Assembly: GCA_973895155.1 (NCBI GenBank)
Contig: OZ316893.1
Span: forward strand, 22,105,744 to 22,169,743
Length of the DNA stretch: 64,000 nt
Direction: 5' to 3'
Source of the DNA: Marsupella aquatica
Taxonomy: Eukaryota > Plantae > Marchantiophyta
Below the pieces are notes generated by a model. The model did no database searches. It saw nothing but the letters and a program-made list of their open reading frames with translations, and was not told the origin of the DNA. Both the position numbers and the translations under genes were made by a program. Positions 1 through 12,141 of the stretch are shown piece after piece (position 1 is the first letter of the stretch; each line of letters opens with the position of its first letter).

Positions 1-2760
1 AATGTTTGGTATTTCCTGCTCAGTAATTGCCTACTTCACAAGCTGAATCTGTTCGTCATATAATTCTTCTGTCCACGAGCATGACACGAGGAAACGACAA
101 TGCCGGAAGACATACAGATTGCTAGAGAAGGAGTGCTAGACATAAATGACCTTCTGGCGCTGCAGAAACAGGATTCTTAATTGCCTTTATAATTAAAGTG
201 TTGCTCCATTACTTTAATTACAATTGAATTACAATTAAAAAAAAGGGTGGGCAGTTGGTTAAGCGGGGTAAATAAAACTGAGTTGAAAGCCTACTTAGGG
301 TTTACGGCATGGCGTCCTCAATTTTTTACATCAAGGTTTACGGCATGGCGTCCTCAATTTTACCAAAATCTTGCCGCAAACACGAATGTTGGCATAATTT
401 CATTGTGGAAACCAATCCGTTCCTATTTGCAGCGCGCCATGATGATGTGGCGCACTGTGGAGTCAGGAATTTTGGAAGGGACCTCTAGTGGGGTCCGTAA
501 ATATTTTCAGTGAGGCTCTGCCACTCACTTCTTATCATTAATAGGACCCTAGTACCCTAAAAAATGTCTCTCAATTCTAAAAATATATAAACAATTTGAA
601 GATGTGGCTTGTCATGGAATGAAGGTATCTCAGAGATCTACATTTTGAGTTTGGATAAGATAAAGTAATTACATGACACTGATAGTTGTAACTTCTGGAA
701 AATATGACATGCCATTTCATGTACACCATAAATTGTGTGTGAATAGGATATAAATGTCCTGGTTAGAGGGCATTGTGACCATGACCCTTCATGAAGGCAA
801 CCCAAGACTGAGAGGGTTGTTTCAAACTAGGGTTATATTTGAGATCGTAGTCAATAGTTGAGAGAAATTTAGAAAATTACACTTCAAGTGAGCTAAATAG
901 TCTTAAAGTTTGAAATGTACAAATATATGCTTGGACTGTCTTTGTTTTGATGTACATAACATTGTCAAAGAACAAAATAATGGGCTTTACATGGAGGCAG
1001 GATCCCAAGGACAGGATGCCCAATTTATGCCCAATGTCTCACAGGGCTTTGTTTTGACTTGCAACAGATCGCTTTACATGGAGACAGGATCAGAAGGACA
1101 GGATGCCCAATTTCTCACAGGCTGGGCTTTGTCTTGACTTGCAACAGATCATAGTATATGTATTGTACTGTAATATATGACCCTGAAATGGCCTAATACG
1201 GAACCTAAACTGCAAAGATCCATTTTCAATATTATCCACAGGGCCCTTAGGGTTACAAGTGTGGCATAATACGGGTGCAAAGTAAGGGAACTCAGCCTCA
1301 AAGCCGAGGAGTACATCTGTAGCTTGAGGGCGTCTACCGTTAGCAATGCAGGCCTGAGGGCTTATGGAACCCTATTGCCTTCACGAAGTGCATCTTAATG
1401 TCATCGGGGGACTCGGACCCCCGACCCTCGAGGATTTTCATCCACGTGGCCTGAGTGCCTTCCTAGAACAGGACCATACTTATTATATTGCCTCCATTGG
1501 AGCCACAGCAGCGCTTATGGTTTTACGTAATGCCAATTGAATATGGGCAAGCAACATCGTCACAAAGTGAGTGCAGGCAAGACGTTGGTTTTTTGCCATG
1601 GCCTGCCCTTGCCCTGCAAAGGTACACTCTGATCACCGGGAACAGGTTTTTTCTAAAAGTCTTGGAACTGAACTTGGTACTGTGCATTGGGGAAGTGCAG
1701 CCTCATCGCTGAGGGGCCCGCCGCAGCAGCCATTTTTTGGTGGGCAAAAATTAGCCAGTCATTTACCTAAACCGCAGGCAGGCTAATGATACTCAAGCTG
1801 GAAATTTTTAAATTTCTGTTTCATTCACTACCACCTAATGCCAAATTCCACCCTCCCCAAAAAGTGTTAGCCACTTTTGGCTAACATTCCCTATATTTTT
1901 TGTATGTCATTTTTCACTTTCCCACTAAATTATGGACCCTATTCGCCAGAATCTAACGGTCATCCGTAAATCTAGGGATATCTGACAGTCATAATATAAT
2001 CCAGGAAAAACTGACCAAGAGTTTCTCACACTAGTCAGAGTGTCTAAAAACAAAAAAAAAACCTTTAAAAATACTCTCTAATGCACGAGGGGGAGGTGTT
2101 AGCCAGGAAATACTTTACAACAGTTAGAAAGTACTATATGACGAAAGAAAATTCTCCATAACCAGACGTGTGCTTGTCTCTAGGGTAAAATAGTAGCCAC
2201 CTTGGCTAATGTTTACAAACTAGAAAAAAATGTCAGGTCCATAGCTTGAGGGCATCTCGAGCAATTCAGGCCCCAGGGCTCATGAAACCGCTTCATTCAG
2301 CATTTTGATTATAGTTCCTAAAGGTCACAAGTATTGATACTTGACAAGAAATGTTGGCAATCAGGTAAAACCCAGTTCTAAGAAAACAATAGAACGAGAC
2401 GGAGATGAATGTCAAAGCTGTTGACCGAACTGAGCAGTGGAGCCGAGTGATGTGAACCCAGTTCCAATTTCAAGACACCCACACATCTTGATCGATTCTA
2501 CCACTCCAATTCCAAGATGCCCACATTTTTGCAGTGATTCCAGCAGTCGAATGCGAAGACCCGTTACAGTTTGAGAGACTCTATCAGTCCAATTGGAAAA
2601 CCCTCACACGTTTTCAGGCCAAGCTTTGCCAAGCTTTCAGGGAATTCCTTCGCAGCTCTCGATCTTTGGTAGAGCGACGTCAGATTGGAGGTTTTGTAGC
2701 GCTTTGGTGCGTTCTGTAGTTTAAGGAGGATTGTGCTGGAGTTCACGCTGTGCTGGACAC

Positions 2761-2803
2761 TTTAGGGTTTAGGGTTTAGGGGTTTAGGGTTTAGGGTTTA
2801 GGG
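2761..2803 (+). repeat. Interstitial plant telomeric repeat (TTTAGGG)x6
   Basis: tttagggtttagggtttaggggtttagggtttagggtttaggg read directly; one unit has an extra G. Confidence 0.9.
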
Positions 2804-4634
2804 CCCTGCGTCTTGTGGGATGCTATCAAAGGAACGCAGCTATTCGTTCGATGACATTTCTTGACTCCGCCTCAATCTGTGGACAAGTACAATCAGCGGG
2901 TCATGGCCCTGGTCTGTTGTGAAGCTCAGGTACATTTGGGTTACTCATGGTGTATGTATGATAATATGCACTGTAAATCTACTTTAGGTTTGTAGCACAT
3001 TGAATGAATTGAAGTACTCTTGCCGAATTTGGGCACTTTGTCTATGAATTATGGGCTAAAAGGGTCATAAGGTTGCTTGGCTGTAAAAATTATGTCGTTC
3101 AAAGATTGGGTTTCATAATGAATCCTAGCACTGTGAAGTGGTTCGTTTTCCCTGCAAACAATTTAGCAAAAACCCGATAGAGTAGGAAATCCTGTTTTCT
3201 CGATCTACTATTGCCCTTCACGTCGAAGATTTTCAAGTATTCCCAATGCCCCCATCACTGCGTGGAAAAATCTTACATTGCTGGTGGAATTTATTTTGCA
3301 GCATTCGTCGCTTCTAAAACTCGTGAAAGAAAAGGTCCTTACCGAGAAAGAAAGGTGAGCATTTCAAATTTTCTGTCTGAAAATGTCATTGTCCACGCTT
3401 TCTCTGGCCCCGTCTGTGCTGGAAATGCGTGTGAAATTTCTGCTAGTCATTTTAGAAATTCATGCAGGTATTAATGGGAGTCAACCTTGGCCTCTACAGT
3501 AGTAGCTTGCACACAAGCTTTACCAAGCATAGTGGCCTGAGAAGGGGTTTCTCTCATAGGGATATGCTTCGATGGGGAAAAAACACAGATGCTGGGAATA
3601 AGAGTGCAAGAAGACGGGCAGGAGGATCAGTGTACAAGAGTGCATCCTCACTAGAGACGATGGTAAGGTCACCCATGAGCCTCTAGCTGGGACCTAGCAG
3701 GTTGTCCCGGTCATCGTCGCGAGTATTTGATCTCGGGATTAGATTTCCAAGGATCATCATTTCCAAAGATTACTATGCTGCAAGGGTCCCCACATGGGTA
3801 ACTGGTATGATTAAAGACGTGAAGGATCCATTGGGACAGCTGGCTGACAAGATGTGCTTGGACTTGTCATATTTTTTTCCAGATAGGGTTTCTGTATTTA
3901 ACAAACGTGGAAAGGCTTCAAGAAGTTATGGAGCTGATGGGTTTTATGGCTGAAGAGAGATCCATAGAGGAAATTCCTTAAACTTCTGTTCAGCTTATCA
4001 ATCCATGCTGAGACGCCGCTGTTTTACACGCCGATTTGGAAGCATCCTTTCTGGTTTAATCAGTTCCTACTTGGTTTGAGCGGTTCCTTCCTGACACATA
4101 CTCATCAATTTATATAGTAAACTTACGGGGTTGCGTTAGGATCTCAACTTCTTACGTCCTACATGGCACGACGCACAGGGTGCAGCCCTTAGTTGAGCAG
4201 CATTTTCGAACCAATCTAAGTAAATGTTCTCATTGAAAGACTGGATTAAGGCAATGAAATCTGACAAATCTTTATGATCTAGAACCTGAGAGCTGTACCC
4301 TTTATATTGAGATAGTAGCATTGCTCTGATCCTGGCCAACTATGTGGGGTCACATGTAATATCTAGATGATTGGCGGGTCTTCAATTACCATTAGACCTC
4401 TCTTTTGTGGGACGCTTTTAAATTGGTCAACTTTCTGTATATGTGATGCTCCTTAATGAATATGGAGATTAGATTGATTCCTACTTCGCACTCAATCTCC
4501 ACGCAACAAATGCTCTGATATATTGTCGTAAATCCGAAGCGTCATGAAGAGATTTTGTATGAGTGGTAAGTCGATGATTATCAGTTCTGCCTACCTGCAT
4601 GTTTGTAGATGCTCAGGAGTCTGGAGTAGTATAC

Positions 4635-5037
4635 TGTGATTCTACAGAACAAACAACAAAGGATGTGCAAGAACGAAAACGGTGCGCACGACAAGAGCTA
4701 GGAAAAGCAGGAATTCTGTAATTCTGTATTCTGCAGATGAACTGCATAACTCCACAAAGGGGAAAGATAAAGGCCACGAACAGCCCTGTGACCAGGAGAC
4801 ACACAGCGCGGCAGAGATTCAAACCAAACAAGGCGCGTCGCCCTTGCTTCTCATTGTGGCAAGTGGCAAGTTGCACTTGGTGGAGTGCGAACGAAAAGCT
4901 AAAAGTGAAAACGTAACTAGAGCTAAAATCTGATGTAAGAGTAAAACATATCTCCCTAGATAGAAAGAGATCGATGATCAGGGATCAGACTAAAGAACCG
5001 GTCGAGCAGAGAAGAGAACAGGGCATTCCCTGTCACA
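4635..5037 (-). repeat. 3' LTR of copia element (403 bp)
   Basis: TGTGATTC...TGTCACA on the + strand; by eye it differs from the other LTR by ~4 C/T substitutions and a 6-bp indel. Confidence 0.95.
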
Positions 5038-6868
5038 CTTCCCCCCAATCGACCATATCCAAAGAAGACAACAGCGGCAGCATTTGTAAACCCAGCAGTT
5101 GCACAAAACGCCGAAAAGCTTCACCCGACAGAGGTTTGGTGAGACCATCAGCTGGCATGATTGTTGTGGACAAGTATTGGAGTTTCACAATACCCCGTCG
5201 AACTTGATCACGAACAAAATGCCATTGAATGTCAATGTGCTTGGTCTTCGCATGGTGCTCCGGATTAATAGTCAATGCCAAGGCAGGTTTGTTGTCACCA
5301 TGAATGACCACAGTCTGCACATCAGGTGTAAGAACTTGAAGCTCGTGAAGCAGACGCCGTAACCACACCGCCTCCTTACAGGCAATCGAATAGGCAACAT
5401 ATTCTGCCTCAGTAGAACTAGTGGCAATTAGAGGCTGCTTGCGAGATTTCCAGCTGATAGCACCGCCCGCTAGCTTAAAAAGATAACCAGATGTCGATTT
5501 GCGATCCATGGAGTTGCTGGCATAGGAAGCGTCAGAGTAACCTTGAAAATTGAGAGAATGTACTTCAAGCCCCAAAGAGGGTGCATTCTGATAGCGAAGT
5601 CCAAGATTGAGTGTATGATTGACATAAGCCATGACAGTACGAATGCAGCTATGATGCTCGGGTGTAGGATTATGAGCAAACTGGCCCAGACGAGCACAAC
5701 GCTCAGCAATGTCCGGACGCGTCCAAACAGACAGATACATCAAAGATCCTATCATAGATTGATAGTGATGATATTGATCAGGAGTTGCCTGCATGGGACT
5801 TGGTCGAAGATCATCAAGACCCGTTGAAGGAGCAGACATTGGTGCTGCATTTTCCATGTGAAAGCGACGAACAATCTTTTGAGCATAAACATTTTGGGCC
5901 AGATAGAGAACACCAGCAGCACGATCGTGATGTATAGTGAGACCCAGGTACTCAGTGAGTTCTCCCATATCCCGAACCTCATATTTGGATAACAGTATTG
6001 CCTTCATTCGAGCAATACCTTGCTTAGTAGGAGAAATGCAGATGATGTCATCGACCCAGAGGACTATTATATCCCCATTCTGATGTCGTAACACGCAAGG
6101 ATCAGATGGAAGAGGAAAGAAACCATGGCGAGCCAGGAACTCAGTAATCTCAATGTACCACAGGCGCGGTGATTGACGCAGACCATACAGTGCCGTAAGA
6201 AGAAGCCAGATCAAGAGAGCCCCATGTTGATCATAGGTCTCGTACCCAGGAGGTGGTCGGATATAGATGGGTGGTTGACCTGCCATAAGAGCATAAAGGA
6301 AAGCAGTGACCACATCAAAGCAATGAGCCTCAAGGTTTCCAAAAGCCAGCAGCGCCATGAGCAAGCGGAAAGTCTCAGGACGAACTACTGAAGCAAACGT
6401 ATCATGAAAATCTTCTCCCGGACGCTGTTTATCGCCCCGGGCCACAAAACGAGCTTTGTGAATTCCTGAACGTTTGCGAGAATACACCCATTTTGATGGC
6501 AGTAAACGTGCGCCTGGAGGAAGAGTAGTGAGCTTAGCTACTTGTAATTTTTGTAATTGAGTGATCTCAGTGAACTCAGCAACACGCCATTTGTCAGCAT
6601 CTGGTCGAGAGAGCGCCTCCCGATGTGTTTCAGGGACATCATCATCAGATGAAGAAAAAAGCGCAGCCGAATAGGAATATACTAGAGAAGAAGGAAGATG
6701 AGCGAGCATGGTATAAGCATTCATCATGTTATTGTACCGAGCAGGAGGAACTCCTTTAGTGGTCCGAGCAGAGCGACGAAGCTCTGAAGGTGTTGATGAG
6801 AGCGGCTTCAAAATCATCCTGAAAATCATCACTCGGTGGATTCCCAAGTGGTGGTGCCATGGTGACAA
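5033..6868 (-). CDS. Copia reverse transcriptase-RNase H part of the polyprotein
   Basis: KWVY...KARFVARG, DVVTAFL, LYGLRQSPRLW, WVDD, RNase H YSDAS...STEAEY...DNKPA...ADGLTK; stop codon lies in the first bases of the 3' LTR. Confidence 0.92.
   Translation of the reverse strand: MSPWHHHLGIHRVMIFRMILKPLSSTPSELRRSARTTKGVPPARYNNMMNAYTMLAHLPSSLVYSYSAALFSSSDDDVPETHREALSRPDADKWRVAEFTEITQLQKLQVAKLTTLPPGARLLPSKWVYSRKRSGIHKARFVARGDKQRPGEDFHDTFASVVRPETFRLLMALLAFGNLEAHCFDVVTAFLYALMAGQPPIYIRPPPGYETYDQHGALLIWLLLTALYGLRQSPRLWYIEITEFLARHGFFPLPSDPCVLRHQNGDIIVLWVDDIICISPTKQGIARMKAILLSKYEVRDMGELTEYLGLTIHHDRAAGVLYLAQNVYAQKIVRRFHMENAAPMSAPSTGLDDLRPSPMQATPDQYHHYQSMIGSLMYLSVWTRPDIAERCARLGQFAHNPTPEHHSCIRTVMAYVNHTLNLGLRYQNAPSLGLEVHSLNFQGYSDASYASNSMDRKSTSGYLFKLAGGAISWKSRKQPLIATSSTEAEYVAYSIACKEAVWLRRLLHELQVLTPDVQTVVIHGDNKPALALTINPEHHAKTKHIDIQWHFVRDQVRRGIVKLQYLSTTIMPADGLTKPLSGEAFRRFVQLLGLQMLPLLSSLDMVDWGEV
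5038..5050 (-). promoter_or_regulatory. Polypurine tract (GATTGGGGGGAAG)
   Basis: Purine run immediately upstream of the 3' LTR on the minus strand. Confidence 0.8.
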
Positions 6869-9467
6869 GTGCCGGTGGAGTGAGAATCAATGGATCAATA
6901 TCAGAATGATCAAGAGACGAAATGGCAGCATCCAAACTGGTTGTGATTGCAGACGTTGATGGTGCCGGGGGACCATTACACAGTGGAGAACATGTACCAC
7001 TCACAGTAGGCGCCAAATCTGGAACAACCAGAGCCGGAAGAGACAATTGCAGCGGAAGAAGTAGCCGGGGTGGATCAAAAGATACTGGAACATTATCCAG
7101 TGAATCCGAAGTAGAAGCAATTGATGAGGAATCTTCAAAGAGGAGTGGACTGTTCCGTGGTGAGATAGCCGTGATTCGAGGAGTGTCATCGAAAGTAACA
7201 TAGGCTGAACTAATGATTGAATTTTGTTGCGGCAACCAGATGCGATAATTAAGACCGTCATCATATCCAACCAAATAGCCTTGTTGTGCACGCGGCTGAA
7301 ATTTCTCCCCACGAGGTCGTGTTTCAGGCGGTATGTGAACATACGCTGTGGCACCAAAAGTTTTAAAATGAGCAAGATTAGTGATCTCAGGAAGATCCTG
7401 TGTCTTCCGTAAGCAAGATATGCGAGCTGCAAGATCAGTGTGAGCCGTCGTAGGAAGACGATTGGTGAGATAGACCGCCGTCCTAATTGCCTCAGGCCAA
7501 AGCAGAATCGGTAATTTTGAATCCAGTAGCATAGCTCGAGCCTTCTCCGTGACAATGCTATTTGAGCGCTCTGCAATACCATTCTGCGTATGATGGTAAG
7601 GAGCTGAATGTATCATGCGACACCCCTTCTCTGCAAGGAAAGTACGAAACAGTGTGCTGCCAAATTCGGTACCATTATCATAGAAAACTTCCGAAATAGT
7701 GGATGAGTCGGTACCATTATCACAGAAAACTTCTGAAATAGTGGATGAGTACTGATTCGCAATAGCAGCAAAGAATTGTTGAAGAACCACTACTGCTTCA
7801 CCCTTGTTATGCAGACACGAGACCCATCGATAACGAGTATGATCGTCAGTGATCAAAAGAAAATACTTCATGTTACCCAAACCGAGAGACGACATCGGTC
7901 CACAGAGATCAAGATGTATTCTCTGAAAAGGTTTGGAAGCACGAGTATGTTGTTCTCGACAAATGATACGAGCAGATTTGGCCAAAGCACAGGGTTCACA
8001 TGGCACAAATGGAGCAGAGTCAGTAAGATGAATCCCCTGGCTCTGAATGAAATGTTTTACACCATCAATGTGTAGGTGTGCCAGGCGCCTATGGAGAGTA
8101 TTAAGATTGACGGTTTGAAGAGAGAGAGTACTATTGAGAAGGTCTACAGCAAGAGCCCACTGAACACGGAAAACCTTAAGACCATCCACTTTGGTAACAC
8201 AGGCAAACTCTTGACCGCTAGGGAGAAGGACAAATTTAGAGTGCCAGCCTTGCCAGTACACACCCCGCTGTTCAAGAAGATGTTCAGAGATAGTGTTAAG
8301 AACACTTGTAGGCATATAGCGTACATTATTTAAGCGTATTGGCCTAAATGTCTGATCAGTACATTGAACATGCAGATCAATATTGCCATATCCAGGAGAT
8401 ATGATGGACCCCGCCCCGGTGTTGATGGAGATAGGATCGACGATGTATTGTTGTATTAGCTTTTGATTATTGCAGAAATGATGATTGGCTCTAGAGTCAG
8501 CGATCCAAGTATCTTGATCAATTAAAAATGCTGCTGCGGAATGAGCTTGATGCGCAAACTGAACAAAATTAAACACATCCAGCGACACTGATTCGGTTGG
8601 AGTGGGAATTGAGGTAGTCGTCTGAACATTGTTGACACCTCGTAGCCTCTCTTGTATTCTCTGCATTGTAATAGTATTTGGTTGCCATCCAGGTCTATGT
8701 AGATGGACATGTTTGTAGTAGCACATCTCTTCCCGATGTCGAGGCAGCTGACAATATGGACAGATTTCCTTGCGTGGTGCAGCATTAGGAAGAACAGCGG
8801 GAGTAAACGCAGGAGTTGCCACAGCCACTTGAAGTGTAGGTGGCTCGCGCTCAGTCTTACGATGCCATTCATCCTTTGCTTCAAAGATAAGAGAATCTAA
8901 CGAAGGCGCATTGGTAGGATCACGACGCATTAACTCCCACTTAGAAAAAGCCCATTGATCGAAGTGTCCATCCATAATATGAATGAATTGCATGATTTGA
9001 ACTCTAGGATCAATCGTGATCCCAGCCGCGGTGCAACGATCAATAGCTTCTCGGTAAGCAATGCCGAACACTTCCATCTCTTCCCCACGATAATGAAGTT
9101 TCACAAAATGAACCCAATTATCATGTTTCTGTAACAAACCTTGCGGTTGATAGGTCTTCTTCAAATGATCCCAACATTCTTTAGCCGTAGAGATGGTGGC
9201 CAAAGAAGTCTGGATATGTGGCTTACAAGTGGAGAGAATGAGCATGCGCGCATGAGCACCCTGCGCGGTGTAGGTCTCAAGCCGCGCCTGAAAATGGTAG
9301 TCACGTTCATCGACATCTTGTAACGGAGGAATGGCAATCCCATCAACAAATTTCCAAACACTACCAGCGGCCAAGCTCGCAGAGACCAGCATTTGCCAAG
9401 CTTCGTAGTTGGCATTGCCATCAAGTTTTGGGACAAAATGACTAGTATCGCGATAAGAGAGTGACAT
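6756..9467 (-). CDS. Copia gag-protease-integrase part of the polyprotein (frameshifted from RT)
   Basis: Gag N-terminus LDGNANYEAW, Zn knuckle CPYCQLPRHREEMC, protease WIADSRANHH (usual DSGA), GAG-pre-integrase HRRLAH...CEPCALAK, integrase HLDLCGP, DNGTEF, QNGIAERSN, GYLVGY. Confidence 0.9.
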   Translation of the reverse strand: MSLSYRDTSHFVPKLDGNANYEAWQMLVSASLAAGSVWKFVDGIAIPPLQDVDERDYHFQARLETYTAQGAHARMLILSTCKPHIQTSLATISTAKECWDHLKKTYQPQGLLQKHDNWVHFVKLHYRGEEMEVFGIAYREAIDRCTAAGITIDPRVQIMQFIHIMDGHFDQWAFSKWELMRRDPTNAPSLDSLIFEAKDEWHRKTEREPPTLQVAVATPAFTPAVLPNAAPRKEICPYCQLPRHREEMCYYKHVHLHRPGWQPNTITMQRIQERLRGVNNVQTTTSIPTPTESVSLDVFNFVQFAHQAHSAAAFLIDQDTWIADSRANHHFCNNQKLIQQYIVDPISINTGAGSIISPGYGNIDLHVQCTDQTFRPIRLNNVRYMPTSVLNTISEHLLEQRGVYWQGWHSKFVLLPSGQEFACVTKVDGLKVFRVQWALAVDLLNSTLSLQTVNLNTLHRRLAHLHIDGVKHFIQSQGIHLTDSAPFVPCEPCALAKSARIICREQHTRASKPFQRIHLDLCGPMSSLGLGNMKYFLLITDDHTRYRWVSCLHNKGEAVVVLQQFFAAIANQYSSTISEVFCDNGTDSSTISEVFYDNGTEFGSTLFRTFLAEKGCRMIHSAPYHHTQNGIAERSNSIVTEKARAMLLDSKLPILLWPEAIRTAVYLTNRLPTTAHTDLAARISCLRKTQDLPEITNLAHFKTFGATAYVHIPPETRPRGEKFQPRAQQGYLVGYDDGLNYRIWLPQQNSIISSAYVTFDDTPRITAISPRNSPLLFEDSSSIASTSDSLDNVPVSFDPPRLLLPLQLSLPALVVPDLAPTVSGTCSPLCNGPPAPSTSAITTSLDAAISSLDHSDIDPLILTPPALVTMAPPLGNPPSDDFQDDFEAALINTFRASSLCSDH

Positions 9468-9563
9468 GATTCCAGATAATTGAAAAAAACAGATAGGAAT
9501 TCTAGCCAGAAAGAACGCAAGTTCGCACTCAAACGAAGATGTTCAAGAAGAATCGAAGAAATT

Positions 9564-9577
9564 CTAGGCCCATAACC
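9564..9577 (-). promoter_or_regulatory. Primer-binding site, half-tRNA-iMet type (GGTTATGGGCCTAG)
   Basis: Directly abuts the 5' LTR; complementary to the anticodon stem-loop of initiator tRNA-Met (GGCCCAUAACC), as in Drosophila copia and yeast Ty5, rather than to the 3' CCA end. Confidence 0.85.
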
Positions 9578-9986
9578 TGTGATTCTACAGAACAAACAAC
9601 AAAGGATGTGCAAGAACGAAAACGGTGCGCACGACAAGAGCTAGGAAAAGCAGGAATTCTGTAATTTTGTATTCTGCAGATGAACTGCATAACTCCACAA
9701 AGGGGAAAGATAAAGGCCACGAACAGCCCTGCGACCAGGAGACACACAGCCAGGGCGCGGCAGAGATTCAAACCAAACAAGGCGTGTCGCCCTTGCTTCT
9801 CATTGTGGCAAGTGGCAAGTTGCACTTGGTGGAGTGCGAACGAAAAGCTAAAAGTGAAAACGTAACTAGAGCTAAAATCTGATGTAAGAGTAAAACATAT
9901 CTCCCTAGATAGAAAGAGATCGACGATCAGGGATCAGACTAAAGAACCGGTCGAGCAGAGAAGAGAACAGGGCATTCCCTGTCACA
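9578..9986 (-). repeat. 5' LTR of copia element (409 bp)
   Basis: Direct repeat of 4635-5037, followed by TSD TATAC. Confidence 0.95.
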
Positions 9987-12141
9987 TATACTTAACTTTG
10001 GCTTCATGGCACCACAATGCTAGACCATTTGCAGGGCTGTGCTGCCAAGTAAACGGACGTCTATCTCAAGTTCAAGTCGAGTCTGGTAATTCTAATTGAA
10101 CTACGACAGGAGGTCGAGCTCGCCAACCTAGAAAATCTGGAGGCGCGTCCAGGCATGTATGAAGCACGCCAGCACAAAACTTATGATACTTCCAAAACTC
10201 GTCTCCGGAGGGAATCGTCTTGTTTTCATGTACAGAAGCGCTCCAATGCTGGTGAGAACAGGGAGGACGCTCAATTAGTCGAACTTATGGATGAGACTGA
10301 AAGTCTGCGTAGAAAGAATTTTAAAAATGACTGAGCAATCAATCAGGTTTAAATGACAGTGATCCCAAAACAGCTTGGGTTCTCAGCATGTAACAGAAAT
10401 AAAGAAGCCCGGAAGCAAGCTCTTTCATGTATAGACCCAAAATCTTCACTTAAGAGATCGACACGTTAATCCATTTTGGGAGTTTGTGACTGACTGGTCA
10501 GGTTCGTGCCTGAGAAGTTTGTGGATGAGAAATCTGTGCACATTGGGCCAACTGTCCCATCATTCCTCTCGTCTTCAAAATATTGGTGGAAGTTCTTACC
10601 TCTTTTGACTAGAATGGGTGTCCATTCCGAATCATAGCTCTCATAACGGCTGTCTAGTTTTCTTGTGACATCTCAGTCATGTCTGTGGTATATGAGCAGA
10701 AAGAGGGTTTTGCTGCTGTCCATCTGGGTTGCAAAAATATATCTGGGTCTTGTGGCAAACGAGGAAGTCCATCTAGACTTCAGTCCAGTTCTGGTAAGAG
10801 ACTGGAAGTTTCTGAAGGTCACCAACCAAGTTTTTCATCGAGGGCATCCTTGGTCCACAATAATGTGGCCCAACCAACAGCCTGCAGGGTACTTTTAAAA
10901 ACAAATTCTGTCTTGCAGAATGTCCGTAACTAAGTGGATTAATCACAGGACTTCTATTAGATGCCACTACCATAGTGACTATCAGTTTCGCGTAATAAAT
11001 CAATAATTGTGGAAAGTTTGAGTACTTGACACAAATCTTGAATAGTGCGTGTGTGAAACTTAGGAAAACTCATTCTGGACGTATTGTAGAAATTTTCTTT
11101 AGCATTCTGGTGTATAAACACTAATTCAAAGTACAAGTTATCAATCTAGAAAATTATTTGGGCAATGGCACTATCCTTTCAAAGGTAAAAATATGACGAG
11201 TATGTGCAAAATTGATTGTCCCTAAGGTACTGAAGTGGAAGTTGCCCAACATGTAGTCTAGAACACTACTCCTGTTCGCGTGTGCACTCGTTATGTAACA
11301 AATATATTGATGATAATTCATCACACTGGATGCCCATCCCACCTATGATATTGTGGGTGTCCTTTCTCCAGCTAGTGAAGGCTCTAGACATACAATTGTT
11401 CTTTCCTTTCTGTCTCTGGATCCACCCGGAGAAGTAAGGTATGCCAGGGAAATAAAAGCATGTTACAGCAAATCATTTTCAAAAATTCACAAACTCCTTA
11501 TCATAAATCAGGTTGATAAAGGAAACTTGGAGGTAGATCTATGCATGTAAGAACAAGAACAATAGATATAATTTATGTAAGGTATTCTGAAAATGTTAGA
11601 AGGATGAGTTATGTAAAGAAATATAAACTTCAAAACAAACAATTAAGGGTTCATTTACTTCCAGCTAGGCTCCATAGAGTTGCCACCCGTCTACTCCGTT
11701 CTTGCATAGTGGGGCGGCACGGAGGAAGTATACCACGCCTGCCTACCCACATCTGCCACAACAGAGATAGGGAGAAAACCACAAATGAATAGAAATCAAT
11801 GTTCAATGTCCAGCTTCATTATCGACTATGAACAGCACCAACTTCATGTCATTCAATATCAGGATTGGACTGTTTCAAATGGGCAATGTGGTCCTTCAAG
11901 CTACTTCCAAGCTCAATGGAGGTAACAGCCGTTTGAGAGTCCCAATCCGATGGCTGGATCGGAGCTGTTCTGTGTTCTATGGTGGACTTCGATCCAACGT
12001 ATTTATTAAGGGGTTTCGCTTTTTAGCCAGAGTGGAGAATGTTCAGTGTGTGAAGGAGAAGATGCTCAAATTATTCTTTAACTGCTTAATTTCCTGACAG
12101 TCAGATCTCACTAGATTTAAGGGTGACCGTTAGATTCTGGC

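Larger units (their letters stand above)
4635..9986 (-). mobile_element. Full-length Ty1/copia LTR retrotransposon (5352 bp), recent but probably non-functional
   Basis: Two TG...CA LTRs, perfect 5-bp TSD TATAC (4630-4634 and 9987-9991), PBS and PPT adjacent to the LTRs, gag-PR-IN-RT-RH domain order. Confidence 0.97.

Noticed and set aside
3462-3686. RRGFSH as a hAT ERGFS motif
   Set aside because: Short match on the strand opposite to the other transposase-like traces; insufficient support
4613-4933. ORFs within the LTRs (also 9529-9882)
   Set aside because: Duplicated only because the LTRs are duplicated; no protein motifs
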